From Mantamonas sphyraenae STR306 (lineage: Eukaryota; Protista; CRuMs), in contig JAPMXV010000021.1 of assembly GCA_026936335.1 (NCBI GenBank), positions 124,001-188,000 on the forward strand: a stretch of DNA of 64,000 nt. Direction: 5' to 3'. Below the pieces are notes generated by a model. The model made no database searches, had not been told where the DNA came from, and saw only the letters and a list, made by a program, of their open reading frames with translations. The translations under genes were made by a program, and so were the position numbers. This document shows, piece after piece, positions 45,701 through 53,817 of this stretch; the stretch's first letter is position 1; every line of letters starts with the position of its first letter.

Positions 45701-48204
45701 CCACTCGCCGCGAGTGTGATAGGTTGTTTCTGGAGGTGACCAAATTCGAGATCAAGTCAGCACGGCAACACCTGCGCCAAGAACACGGTGTGCAGCTGGG
45801 AGAGGAGGACGAGGATGAGGACGAGGACGAGGACGAGGACGAGGAGGAAGATGAGGAGGACGAGGGGCGGGAAGAGGAGGACGAGGAGGACGAGGACGAG
45901 GACGAGGACACACGGGCGAATCCGAGCGAGCAGAAGGACGAGGAGGCAAAGGCACGTGACCCTGTGGAAGAATTCCTCGAGCTCACTGCCCCTGAACTGC
46001 GTGCGGTCTACCGCCGGCGCAGACCAAGCGATAGACCCGAGCGACCCCAGGTGGAGGATTTGGGTCTGGACGAACGCCAGCCATCACGCGCATCCCTCCA
46101 CAAGAGGCTGTTGCTGTTCAGCCTGGTGCTGGCAGACGGCGTATTTGGCAAGCGCGGCATTCACGCCGACAACACCGACGCCATGTCGCATGCGGTGGCA
46201 GTGTGGCTGGTGAGGGCAGTGGGTGGGTCGAAGCGCGCGTTCGTTCCCACCCCAAAACGCCTGTCCACCCCGCAGACGATCATGACCTCCCAAGGTGGTC
46301 TAGATATTGCTTTGCTGCCGCTGCTTCATGGAAACGACCGGAAACCTTCCACCGAGGCGCCGGAAAACGCTGCACTGTGGGACATGAAGCGCCAGCTCAT
46401 GGACGACGCGGGCAAACTACCACGGGAGGTACGGCTTGTCCACGCCGCGTCACAGGTGGTGGGTTACCAGCTAGGCTTGCGGTTGGAGGAGCACGTGAAG
46501 AATGCTGTGGTCGAGATCAAGGAGACTGCACTGGCGTCAGCCACGCAGGAGGGGGAAATGGCCGAGGTGGACGAGCTGGAAAGTGCGCTATCGGCGCTGA
46601 AAACGCGCCCTGCTGCAGAGCCAAATGACACACTGGTGTACCACGATGTTATCAGGGACGTCTTTCTGGCCCAAGAGGCAAGGAAGAAGAAGACAAAGAT
46701 GAAGTCGGGAATGCGCGGGCCAAATCCGTTTCTCGCGGTTCAGAGAGCAAACGACGTCATTTTCAAGGGAGGTGAAGCCCGGATCCACCGGTTCAAGCCT
46801 AAACCGTGGGGATATCAGCAGCTGTTCACCCTTCCAGAGACAACACGAGGAGGACGGCGAGTTGGATTTCCGTGCCAAGAATCTGACGAACCCGTGCCAG
46901 CTGTTGGCGTGTTCAATTCCATGGTTCAGTGGGCAGGGGGTGGATCGGGATCAACGTTGGCCTCGCCCAAGCCCCCGGCCACCATCAGTGCACACCGGCT
47001 GTCCAACTTGGGCTGGAATCTATGGCGAAATTTTGGGCACAACTGGATGCCCAAGTTGCAAGCATCGCTGACAACCCATGCTGGAGACAACATGGCTGCG
47101 ACCATCGACCGTGTTGTGGGCCTCATCAAGCACTATGCCCCTCCTTCGTCAGAGGAGCTCTCGGTGGCTTTGAAGGCCCTGGAATTGAATGTCGAAGATG
47201 AGCTGGTTCGCAAATGGGAGGACGTGGCGCGTGCAGCTGGCACAGCAACAGGCAAACGCCTCGCGCTGTCCACATCCTGGCTGCCGCGAACTGAAGAGGC
47301 AGGGGCGTCGTCTGAATCATCATCATCGTCGTCATCGTCGTCGTCTTCTTCGTCGTCCGACACGTCAATGACACGGTGGGCATCGAGTGTTCATGGTCTG
47401 TGTGCAGGCTACGACCCAGGTGTGTACCAGCACGTTGGAGCCCTGGTTTACTACTATGAGCGTGTTTGTGTTTCTCGTTTCGCAGACGTGTGCTGCATTG
47501 AGTACGGTCTGGCGTTTGACCTCAAGGGCACCAATGTCCGCTACGAGCAGAGGCGATCGGGCCATGCAGAGATCTCCAACAAGCTCAGCAAGCTGGGCAA
47601 GCAGCTTGCCAACGCTGTGGACGCGGCAAAGAATTCGAAGATCGAGGAGGAGATGAAAGCATTGACCGAAAAGTTGAGGCCAATCCAACAGCATATGGCC
47701 AAGCTGATCAAACACGGAAGCGCGGCAGTGATGGCTGACCTCCAACGACAGTGCAACCACCGAATTCACGTCGGATATGGAGCGGCGCCCGTGGTTGCAA
47801 GTGTGCCAGTGCGCACTGATGCCGCCCAACTCGCCTGCGTCGCTACGGTGACGATGACTCACGAAGCACAGACATCCAAACACTCTGCGTACGACTGTAA
47901 AGCCGTTCGAAAGCATGCTTGGAGTGTCGACAAGAACGGGTCACGGAACGATCGGTGGTATGTGCACGAAGTGGCCACCAAGACGCTGCCGGATGGAGAG
48001 GAGTGGGTGGCGCACAAGGATCGCAGTGCTGCCATCAACATGGCCAACAAATGCCATGCAGCTCGGTGTGGTGGTGTCGAGCTGTGGCTTTTCACATGGG
48101 TGTGGAGCGGCAAACGTGCGCATCTACAAGAGGCGGCCCGCCAGGCCATGCATGGTGGACAAGATGCAGGAAATGGGGGACAAAATGTCCAAGTGGAGTT
48201 GTAG
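42727..48204 (+). CDS. Very large Fanzor/TnpB-like RNA-guided nuclease (RuvC at C-terminus); probable start ATG 42871 (1777 aa)
   Basis: RuvC-I GYDPG (D codon 47413); helical region ...LIKHGSAAV; IHVGYG; relocated Glu THEAQTSK (E codon 47863); RuvC-III HKDRSAAINM (D codon 48019). Intronless. Confidence 0.78.
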   Translation: MDDDGGGGGNVMAASTECASGKNNEATSCFRLSDSFVLTGVRALTQHRMVATTRSRRQIHGKYTAELSPTEYEAAVLYERYRHSDRVGSPQVHPDAWAFLCHFTSHRHRSRVAIASEVHARVVLKILRYRLREPRKLDDNEQLPLAQALFALVAGVGVLDVKTKALYMFKQHSTVIPTKPIVMEASYSAPDVQDNKEGPAFDLKKLVENAASSGRLCHDACKWCRQSTGNTSENTPEFVTNYVHTEYALTQVSIVLLRQLEKKFANDFSVRPVFPVPGSFSSVAFNVTRRKDLISRPVLRMDNTLSEREQRDGRGGHARHPLVSLDTSATEVRASVMYVLHIEDLVMSCMARVHTTAESASSSSSLLQRAVEDVMADVRDKARRWNLRDGDVTVFLRGETHTTMSTLVNQTNRRAIIFEATLAHKHNETMEQLLDTLSAASERMGFNVECCANPVSTCLSRACAQTTIIQSPLSDGSLIREGVWIQGESEHTITRDNHIHRLVVGLLCGCSTLPITLSTVGKTGKMLDCVRTWHLRGELVDAEKAVRLAARSDSRAAEKRQLNDEVNLAIAALVDDATLEELNAMMRTPVVGASVGASDNDDHHDNREESQTLFDACGLMPKRGSGVVAEAISVAGEGSSVGEAISAIEEALQQECKERKPLPPGRTSVFVRRREVHGQRLRLFVARDSLESASILRAMGTQHVRDAMTEAGLDDYATAVDKMVQAEKGLVQAARTEASTTAYVSKKKWDAFVDAVRKENSGMPMSKANKVVPAATLQKLRREAPSSLKSLRIPKDTTCLRVTNDASGKKSNTRHDPRPSFGPDWPATHQELLCKLLMWFCESTVTHTDTISKMTTHYSRSLGAIHETKPVPIPPKITAVIDKWNHAGYEAQRTRTMLDLEALVPNHNMDVQACVDFPGMVEAMLLTPLPEDVCGRVQITEAQAEGSTHWERMAFAGGAKRFQEDAKRMLPHIVYALREFARIYFTAAGLASTRRECDRLFLEVTKFEIKSARQHLRQEHGVQLGEEDEDEDEDEDEDEEEDEEDEGREEEDEEDEDEDEDTRANPSEQKDEEAKARDPVEEFLELTAPELRAVYRRRRPSDRPERPQVEDLGLDERQPSRASLHKRLLLFSLVLADGVFGKRGIHADNTDAMSHAVAVWLVRAVGGSKRAFVPTPKRLSTPQTIMTSQGGLDIALLPLLHGNDRKPSTEAPENAALWDMKRQLMDDAGKLPREVRLVHAASQVVGYQLGLRLEEHVKNAVVEIKETALASATQEGEMAEVDELESALSALKTRPAAEPNDTLVYHDVIRDVFLAQEARKKKTKMKSGMRGPNPFLAVQRANDVIFKGGEARIHRFKPKPWGYQQLFTLPETTRGGRRVGFPCQESDEPVPAVGVFNSMVQWAGGGSGSTLASPKPPATISAHRLSNLGWNLWRNFGHNWMPKLQASLTTHAGDNMAATIDRVVGLIKHYAPPSSEELSVALKALELNVEDELVRKWEDVARAAGTATGKRLALSTSWLPRTEEAGASSESSSSSSSSSSSSSSDTSMTRWASSVHGLCAGYDPGVYQHVGALVYYYERVCVSRFADVCCIEYGLAFDLKGTNVRYEQRRSGHAEISNKLSKLGKQLANAVDAAKNSKIEEEMKALTEKLRPIQQHMAKLIKHGSAAVMADLQRQCNHRIHVGYGAAPVVASVPVRTDAAQLACVATVTMTHEAQTSKHSAYDCKAVRKHAWSVDKNGSRNDRWYVHEVATKTLPDGEEWVAHKDRSAAINMANKCHAARCGGVELWLFTWVWSGKRAHLQEAARQAMHGGQDAGNGGQNVQVEL
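42790..42809 (+). repeat. Left copy of 20-bp direct repeat (contains AATGAA)
   Basis: Exact match to 48268-48287; both copies are preceded by GC, with an A5 versus A6 difference. Confidence 0.9.
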
Positions 48205-48290
48205 ATGATTGTTGTGGTGAAATGCTTGTTTAAACTAGCGCTTGTAAGCAGCGCGAGGTGATTTGCAAAAAACAATGAAGCCACAAGACC
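48205..48290 (+). ncRNA. Candidate omegaRNA (scaffold + guide) downstream of the Fanzor-like ORF
   Basis: Position immediately 3' of the ORF, as known for TnpB/Fanzor; stem CTaGCGCT-TGTAAGC-AGCGCgAG (~48235-48257); GTTTAAAC palindrome. No expression evidence. Confidence 0.35.
48268..48287 (+). repeat. Right copy of 20-bp direct repeat (contains AATGAA)
   Basis: Exact match to 42790-42809. Confidence 0.9.
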
Positions 48291-48362
48291 TCTGGGAGGT
48301 TGAGATGAAACGGGGGTTGATTTTGACACGCTTTTTGAGCTCCAGGCATGCGCGTGCGTAGC

Positions 48363-48985
48363 CTATTCCTGTGACGATTGTGTCTGTTTGGTGCGTTTGT
48401 ACACAAGGTTGCGCTCGTGGACGACGGTCTTGATGCGGGCCATGCTCTTGCGCACCTTTTGCATTCGCTGCGGATTGTCCATGCGCAGGCCCTTCTTCTT
48501 CATGTCGCGCTTCTCGGTGAGGAGCAGATTGCGCTCCCTCAGCAGCACCAGCCACAATGACTGCAGGTCCTGGAAGCTCTTGAGGCGCAGTTCGCTGGCA
48601 CGCCAGGCTCGGCCTGAGGCGGTGGGGAGCAGACAAGCGGGGACGAGATGCGGGTGGCGGGACGTCCGGGGCGTCAGCGTTCACACACACACACACACGA
48701 CAACCACACATGTGACGGCAAAGCCATGGTAAAGAAAGGGAGAGAGTGTATGGGGCAGAGCGACTCACCTGCGTGCACAGATTCGTTCTCCTTGCGTTCG
48801 AGGTAGGACGGGGCGAGGAGCTGGGACTCGAAAGAGTCGCGTGGAGCGGCCGAAGTGTCGTCGGCGTCCAGGACGGCGACACTGGAGGTGGAGAAGGAGG
48901 CCGACGCATGCGGATATGTACAGGCGACCATGCTGCGGTGCACAATGTGTGCCTTGACACGCACGGAACGGAGGCCAGAAAACAT
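48363..48985 (-). CDS. MRPL47: Mitochondrial ribosomal protein uL29m, 2 exons
   Basis: Splicing 48614-48768 gives [36 protein letters not shown]...KVRKSMARIKTVVHER; N-terminal targeting-like sequence. Confidence 0.9.
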
Positions 48986-49026
48986 GGGGTGTTGGAGGGG
49001 GAAGCGTTGGCGGAAACAGTGCAACC

Positions 49027-49770
49027 ATGAGCAGCAGCGGAGGCAACACGACGCAGGATGCGATGAGGAGTTCGCTGTTCAATCCCGACACGAGTTCGTT
49101 GTGGTCACAAGCCCGGGAGGGCAACCTGGACGGAGTGATGGCAATTCTGGACGAAAAGCCAAAGCGGATCAACGCCAAAGATCCGGAATCGGAACGCACG
49201 GCGCTGCACTGGGCGTGTGCAAAGAACAGGGTGGAAGTGGCGCAGTATCTGCTGGACCAAGGAGCCAAGGTGAACACTTTTGACGAACTGGGATGGACAC
49301 CGCTGATCAGTGCGTGCAGCGCAGGGCACACGGCGGTGGTGGAGCTTCTGCTGAGTCAGGAAAAGCTCAAGGTGGACGCAGCGACGACCGCAGGCAAGAC
49401 GGCCCTCATGTATGCGGCCAGTAGCAAACACGGGGACATTGTGCAGATGCTGCTGGCTGCAGGGGCCAATGTGACCGCAAGCAACTCGCTGGGCGAGACG
49501 GCTCTGCACCAGGTGTGTGCACAGGGGGCACAGAGTGTGGCAGTGATGCTTCTGGAAGCGGGCGCATCGCTGACAGTGAAGAATGAGGACGGTGACACTC
49601 CGCTGGCGTTGGCAGTGGTGGAGGACGACGTGAGTCTTGTCCGCCGGTTGTTGCACGACATGGGCAAGGATGACGCCGAGGCGGTGTTGAGTGGAGAGAA
49701 CAAACACGGTCAGAGTGTGTTGAGCATGGCCAAGAGCGATGGGATGAAGTTGGCGTTGGGAAGTGTGTGA
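49027..49770 (+). CDS. Ankyrin repeat protein, gankyrin/PSMD10-like
   Basis: RTALHWAC...DELGWTPLISACSAGH...GKTALMYAAS...GETALH...GDTPL. Confidence 0.8.
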   Translation: MSSSGGNTTQDAMRSSLFNPDTSSLWSQAREGNLDGVMAILDEKPKRINAKDPESERTALHWACAKNRVEVAQYLLDQGAKVNTFDELGWTPLISACSAGHTAVVELLLSQEKLKVDAATTAGKTALMYAASSKHGDIVQMLLAAGANVTASNSLGETALHQVCAQGAQSVAVMLLEAGASLTVKNEDGDTPLALAVVEDDVSLVRRLLHDMGKDDAEAVLSGENKHGQSVLSMAKSDGMKLALGSV

Positions 49771-49829
49771 CATGTGGGGAATGGAGGCCGCGCCCTGTTC
49801 GAAACAACCCCTTCTGCTTCTTGATTCGG

Positions 49830-52800
49830 ATGATCAAGTGTGGCAATTGGTTCTCGTCGTCCAACAATGACATTCCGGACGACGAGTCGGAACGGGAGTT
49901 GCTGTTCCTGGAGAGCAGCGTGCGAGGAGACCACGCAACGCTCCTGAAGCTGCTCAAACGCGGTGTGGATCCAAACACGCCGCGGAGCAAGAATGGGCGC
50001 TTTGCACTGCATTGGGCAGCCAACCACGGTTCACTTCAGTGTGTGCAATTGCTCATCCAGCACGGCTCTGCGGACGACGCCGTCGACCGCGTCGGCCGCT
50101 CGCCTTTGTACTGGGGTGAGTTGGGAGTGGTGATGGGAATGGGTGCGGGAGGAAGGCACGAGTGCGAGGACGGATGGATGTGTGTGGGAAGGGAGGGGGC
50201 GGTGGTAAACGTGACTGGGATGGATACGCACCTGAGGAGTGGGTTGATCGGAAATCGAAGCGCAAACTCGCTCACACGCACCTCGCACACACGGGGAAAC
50301 AGCATGCCGTGGAGGCCAATTTGCAGTGGTACAATACTTGGTGAGCATCGGAGCAGACGTCAACGCAGCCGATGAGACAAACAGCACGCCGCTGTTTGCA
50401 GCCGCGCGGTAAGAAAAAGAGTGGCGTCGTGCACACAAAAAGCCGAGCGCTGCTTTTGACTCGAATTCGCTTTGCAATCCAATCTGACACGATCGAGGGC
50501 GGGTGACGTGTGCACAGCAATGGCCACCTGGAATGCATGCAGCATCTCCTGGAACATGGGGCGCAGGTGAACATCAAAGGCACCACACAGGGCTGGACGG
50601 CGCTGCACTGGTGTGCGGTGAACGGGCGCGACGAATGTTTGCAGTTGCTGCTGGATTGCGGCGGCGACCCAAACCAGAAGGACGACGACGGGCGCACTGT
50701 GGTGCATTACGCCGCCCAAAACGGCCACGCGTCCACTCTGGAGATCCTGATGGACTACGGAGCCGAGTTGATGTTGGGGGATGCAAAGAACATCACCCCC
50801 CTGCACCTGGCCGCCTCCAACGGGCGTTCCCGAGCCGTGGATCTGCTTTTGTGTCAGCGTAAGTGTGGTCACGCGCGCGAGTTGTGCGTTGTGTGTGTGT
50901 GTGGAGGTGGGAAGGCGGTGGGTTGTTGTTGACACGCTGATTGTCCGCCCCACAACACAGAACCAGACGTGCTTGTTCGCAGCGACGATGGGGCGACGCC
51001 AATTCTGAATGCAGTGTTGGGCAACTTTAAGGAGGTTGTTCTGCTGCTGATTGACGCCCGTCCTGTGGACCAGCTGCAGCTGCTGGTGGACATTCTTGCG
51101 GGACGTGACGCCATGACGCTGGACCCGAAGCAGCAGGAACAATTGCGTACGATTGTGTCGTATGTGGCCACCATTCCCACGTACCAGGAGAAGCTGTTGA
51201 ACCTGATGTGCACTGGCGTGGCAGAGCTGGGGGCAGCTATCCTGAGCAGCACGGACGAGATCTACGCACAACGAGCGCACTTGGGCACGTGGCATGCACA
51301 ACTCATGGAGAAGCAGGCCAAGATGTTGGATGGCCAGAGTGACGAGGATGAACAGGCACAGCCGAGGGTTCCTCCTACCGCTGCAGCCGGACCCAGCGCT
51401 GCGGTGGCAGAGGTGGTGGAGGTGCAGGCGGACGAAGAGGTGGAGGTAAACGAAGAGGACGAAGAAGATGAAGAGGACGAAGAGGATGAAGAGGATGAAG
51501 AGGCAGAGGAGGCAGTATCCTTGATGGAAAAGACGACCCGGGACGCAGAGACGCTGCTGATCATGGTGCTGGCTATTGTGCGCATCGCGGCGGATGTGGT
51601 CAGCGATGAAAGCGACGTGAAGGATGTGAGCATGCAGGCACGCATGCGCGCAGCTGCACAGTTTTTGATCGAGTTGACGCCGTTGTGGGAGCACCTGGAC
51701 ACGCATCTGCAAGGGATCGACGAGAAACTGAGCGAGACGGTGGAACAGGTGAACGAACACGCAGCACAGGTGCATCGTGCGGAGCGAGAGGCGATGGAAT
51801 CGGGTCAGGCCAAGCTGGATGCGCTGTTTGGGGAAACGGACAGCAGCAGCAGCAGCGGTACAGTGTCCGGGAGCACAGGTGTGTCGCAGGGGCATGGAGA
51901 GGCAGTGCAGTCGCCTGTGAGTGTGGAAAGCACACAGTTTCTGCAAGCCTTGGCCACCGTGGTGGGTCCACTCGTGGACGCGCACTTTGTGGTGTCCAAC
52001 GCCCTCGAGCACTTTTCGCATCGTCACAACCAGCACTTGGACCTGGATGCCCTGCGCAAGTTTTCGCCCTCACTGGTGGCGCTGTCACGTCAGCCGTCGT
52101 TGGGTGCAGATGTGGACGAGGAGCAAGAGCAAGAGCAGGAGCAAGAGGAGCAGGCGAGCACGGTGGTTGTGGGTGCGGACAGCGAGAGCGAAGCCGACTC
52201 GCCGAGTGGAATGGCCATGGACGAAGACGACGTGGTTGCAGTCCACGAGACGACGACGATGACGACGGCACACGGTGGCATTGTGAGCAACGAGGAGGCC
52301 CAGTCTCCACGGGACGTGCAATCCATCTTGGCGGTGCCCGAACACAGCAGCTCGAATCTTCTTGCGCCGTCACACGAAACGCTGGAACAGGAGCGGGCGG
52401 AGAGCGAACGCATGCGTGCGGCACTGGAGCAACGACGGGCACAGTCGAACAAGGGCAAGGCAAGAGCGGCGACAACGGGCGAGTCGTCGTCACGAGAGTA
52501 TATCTGCGCGTCGTGCCCCGTTCACGACTTTCTGACACAGGTGGAACGTCATTTGGCACTGTTCAAAGCGATGGCCAACGTGGACGTGACGCTGCTGGTG
52601 GGTCACCTGCAGTTTGTGGCATTCTTCCCGTCGCTGATGGAAGAGTTTACAGAACTGCTGCACAGGGTGCCGTTTCATCTCAAACAGCAATGGTTCCGCG
52701 ACCAGTTGTACAAAGAGAAGGCGGAGCAGAGCTTTGAAACGATTGCGTTTACCGTGGAACGCGACGAGGTGCTGTCCAACTCGTGTGCCATGCTGTACCT

Positions 52801-53803
52801 CAAGACGGCCAATGCCCTCAAGGGGGAAATCAACGTGCGTTTCCACGGCGAGGAGGGCGTGGGAGCAGGCGTGCGTCGCGAGTGGCTGCGCATCCTGTCG
52901 GCAGAGCTGTTTAATCCGGATTACTCGCTGTTTGAGGGCAACGTCACACAGCCCAACCCGCTGAGCAACGTAAACCCGGACCATCTGTCGTACTTTCGGT
53001 TCTGTGGCCGCATTGTTGCGCTGGCAATCTACCACGGCGAGTTTCTGGGCGTGCACTTTACGCGGTCGTTCTACAAACACATTCTGGGCATGCCCATCGA
53101 CTACCACGACCTGGAAGACATCGATCCGGGCTACTGCCGCAACCTGGGCTGGCTGTTGGACAACGACATCGATGAGTTTGACCTGGGCCTGAATTTCACC
53201 ATTGTGCTGGACGTGTTTGGCCAGCAGCGCACCGTGGAGCTGAAGCCCGGCGGCGAGGACATCCCTGTGACAAACGCAAACAAAGCAGAGTACGTGCATC
53301 TGGTGTCAGAAATCCGGATGACAGACATCATCCACGACCAGATCGAGGCGTTTCTGGAGGGCTTCCGCGAGTTGGTGCCCCTGTCGCTGGTGCGCATCTT
53401 TACACGCGAGGAGCTGGAGCTCCTGATCAGTGGCATGCCCGAAATCGACGTCGACGATTGGTACCACAACACAGAGTACAACAACGGATTCAGCCAGGAG
53501 TCACCGCAGGTGCAGTGGTTCTGGACGTTTGTGCGAGAGATGTCGCAGGACGAGCGGTCCATGCTGCTTCAGTTTGTCAGTGGGACGACAGTGGTGCCTG
53601 TGGGTGGGTTCAAAATGCTCAAGGGGTTGCATGGGTTGCAGAAGTTTGGCATCACACGGGTGCCCACAACACAGGATCAACTGCCGACCACGAGCACCTG
53701 CTTCAACCTGCTCAAGATGCCAGAGTATCAGAGCGAACAGAGCTTGAGGAAGCAGCTGTGGACGGCGGTGCAGTGTGGGAACGTGGGCTTTGAGTTTGTT
53801 TAG
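49830..53803 (+). CDS. Ankyrin repeat + HECT E3 ubiquitin ligase (HACE1-like), spliced
   Basis: Ankyrin exons with introns at ~50116-50302, ~50409-50517 and ~50859-50960; HECT: FHGEEGVGAGVRREW...LLQFVSGT...LPTTSTCFNLLKMPEY (catalytic Cys). Confidence 0.88.
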
Positions 53804-53817
53804 CTCTGTCCTGATCA

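Larger units (their letters stand above)
42790..48287 (+). mobile_element. Putative Fanzor-encoding insertion bounded by 20-bp direct repeats
   Basis: AAAAACAATGAAGCCACAAG at 42790-42809 and 48268-48287 bracket the Fanzor-like ORF between the convergent eIF2A and MRPL47 genes. Confidence 0.6.

Noticed and set aside
42810-48267. Assignment to Helitron, IS607-like, LTR or DDE superfamilies
   Set aside because: No Rep/helicase, serine recombinase, RT or DDE motifs recognised; no long TIRs or LTRs.
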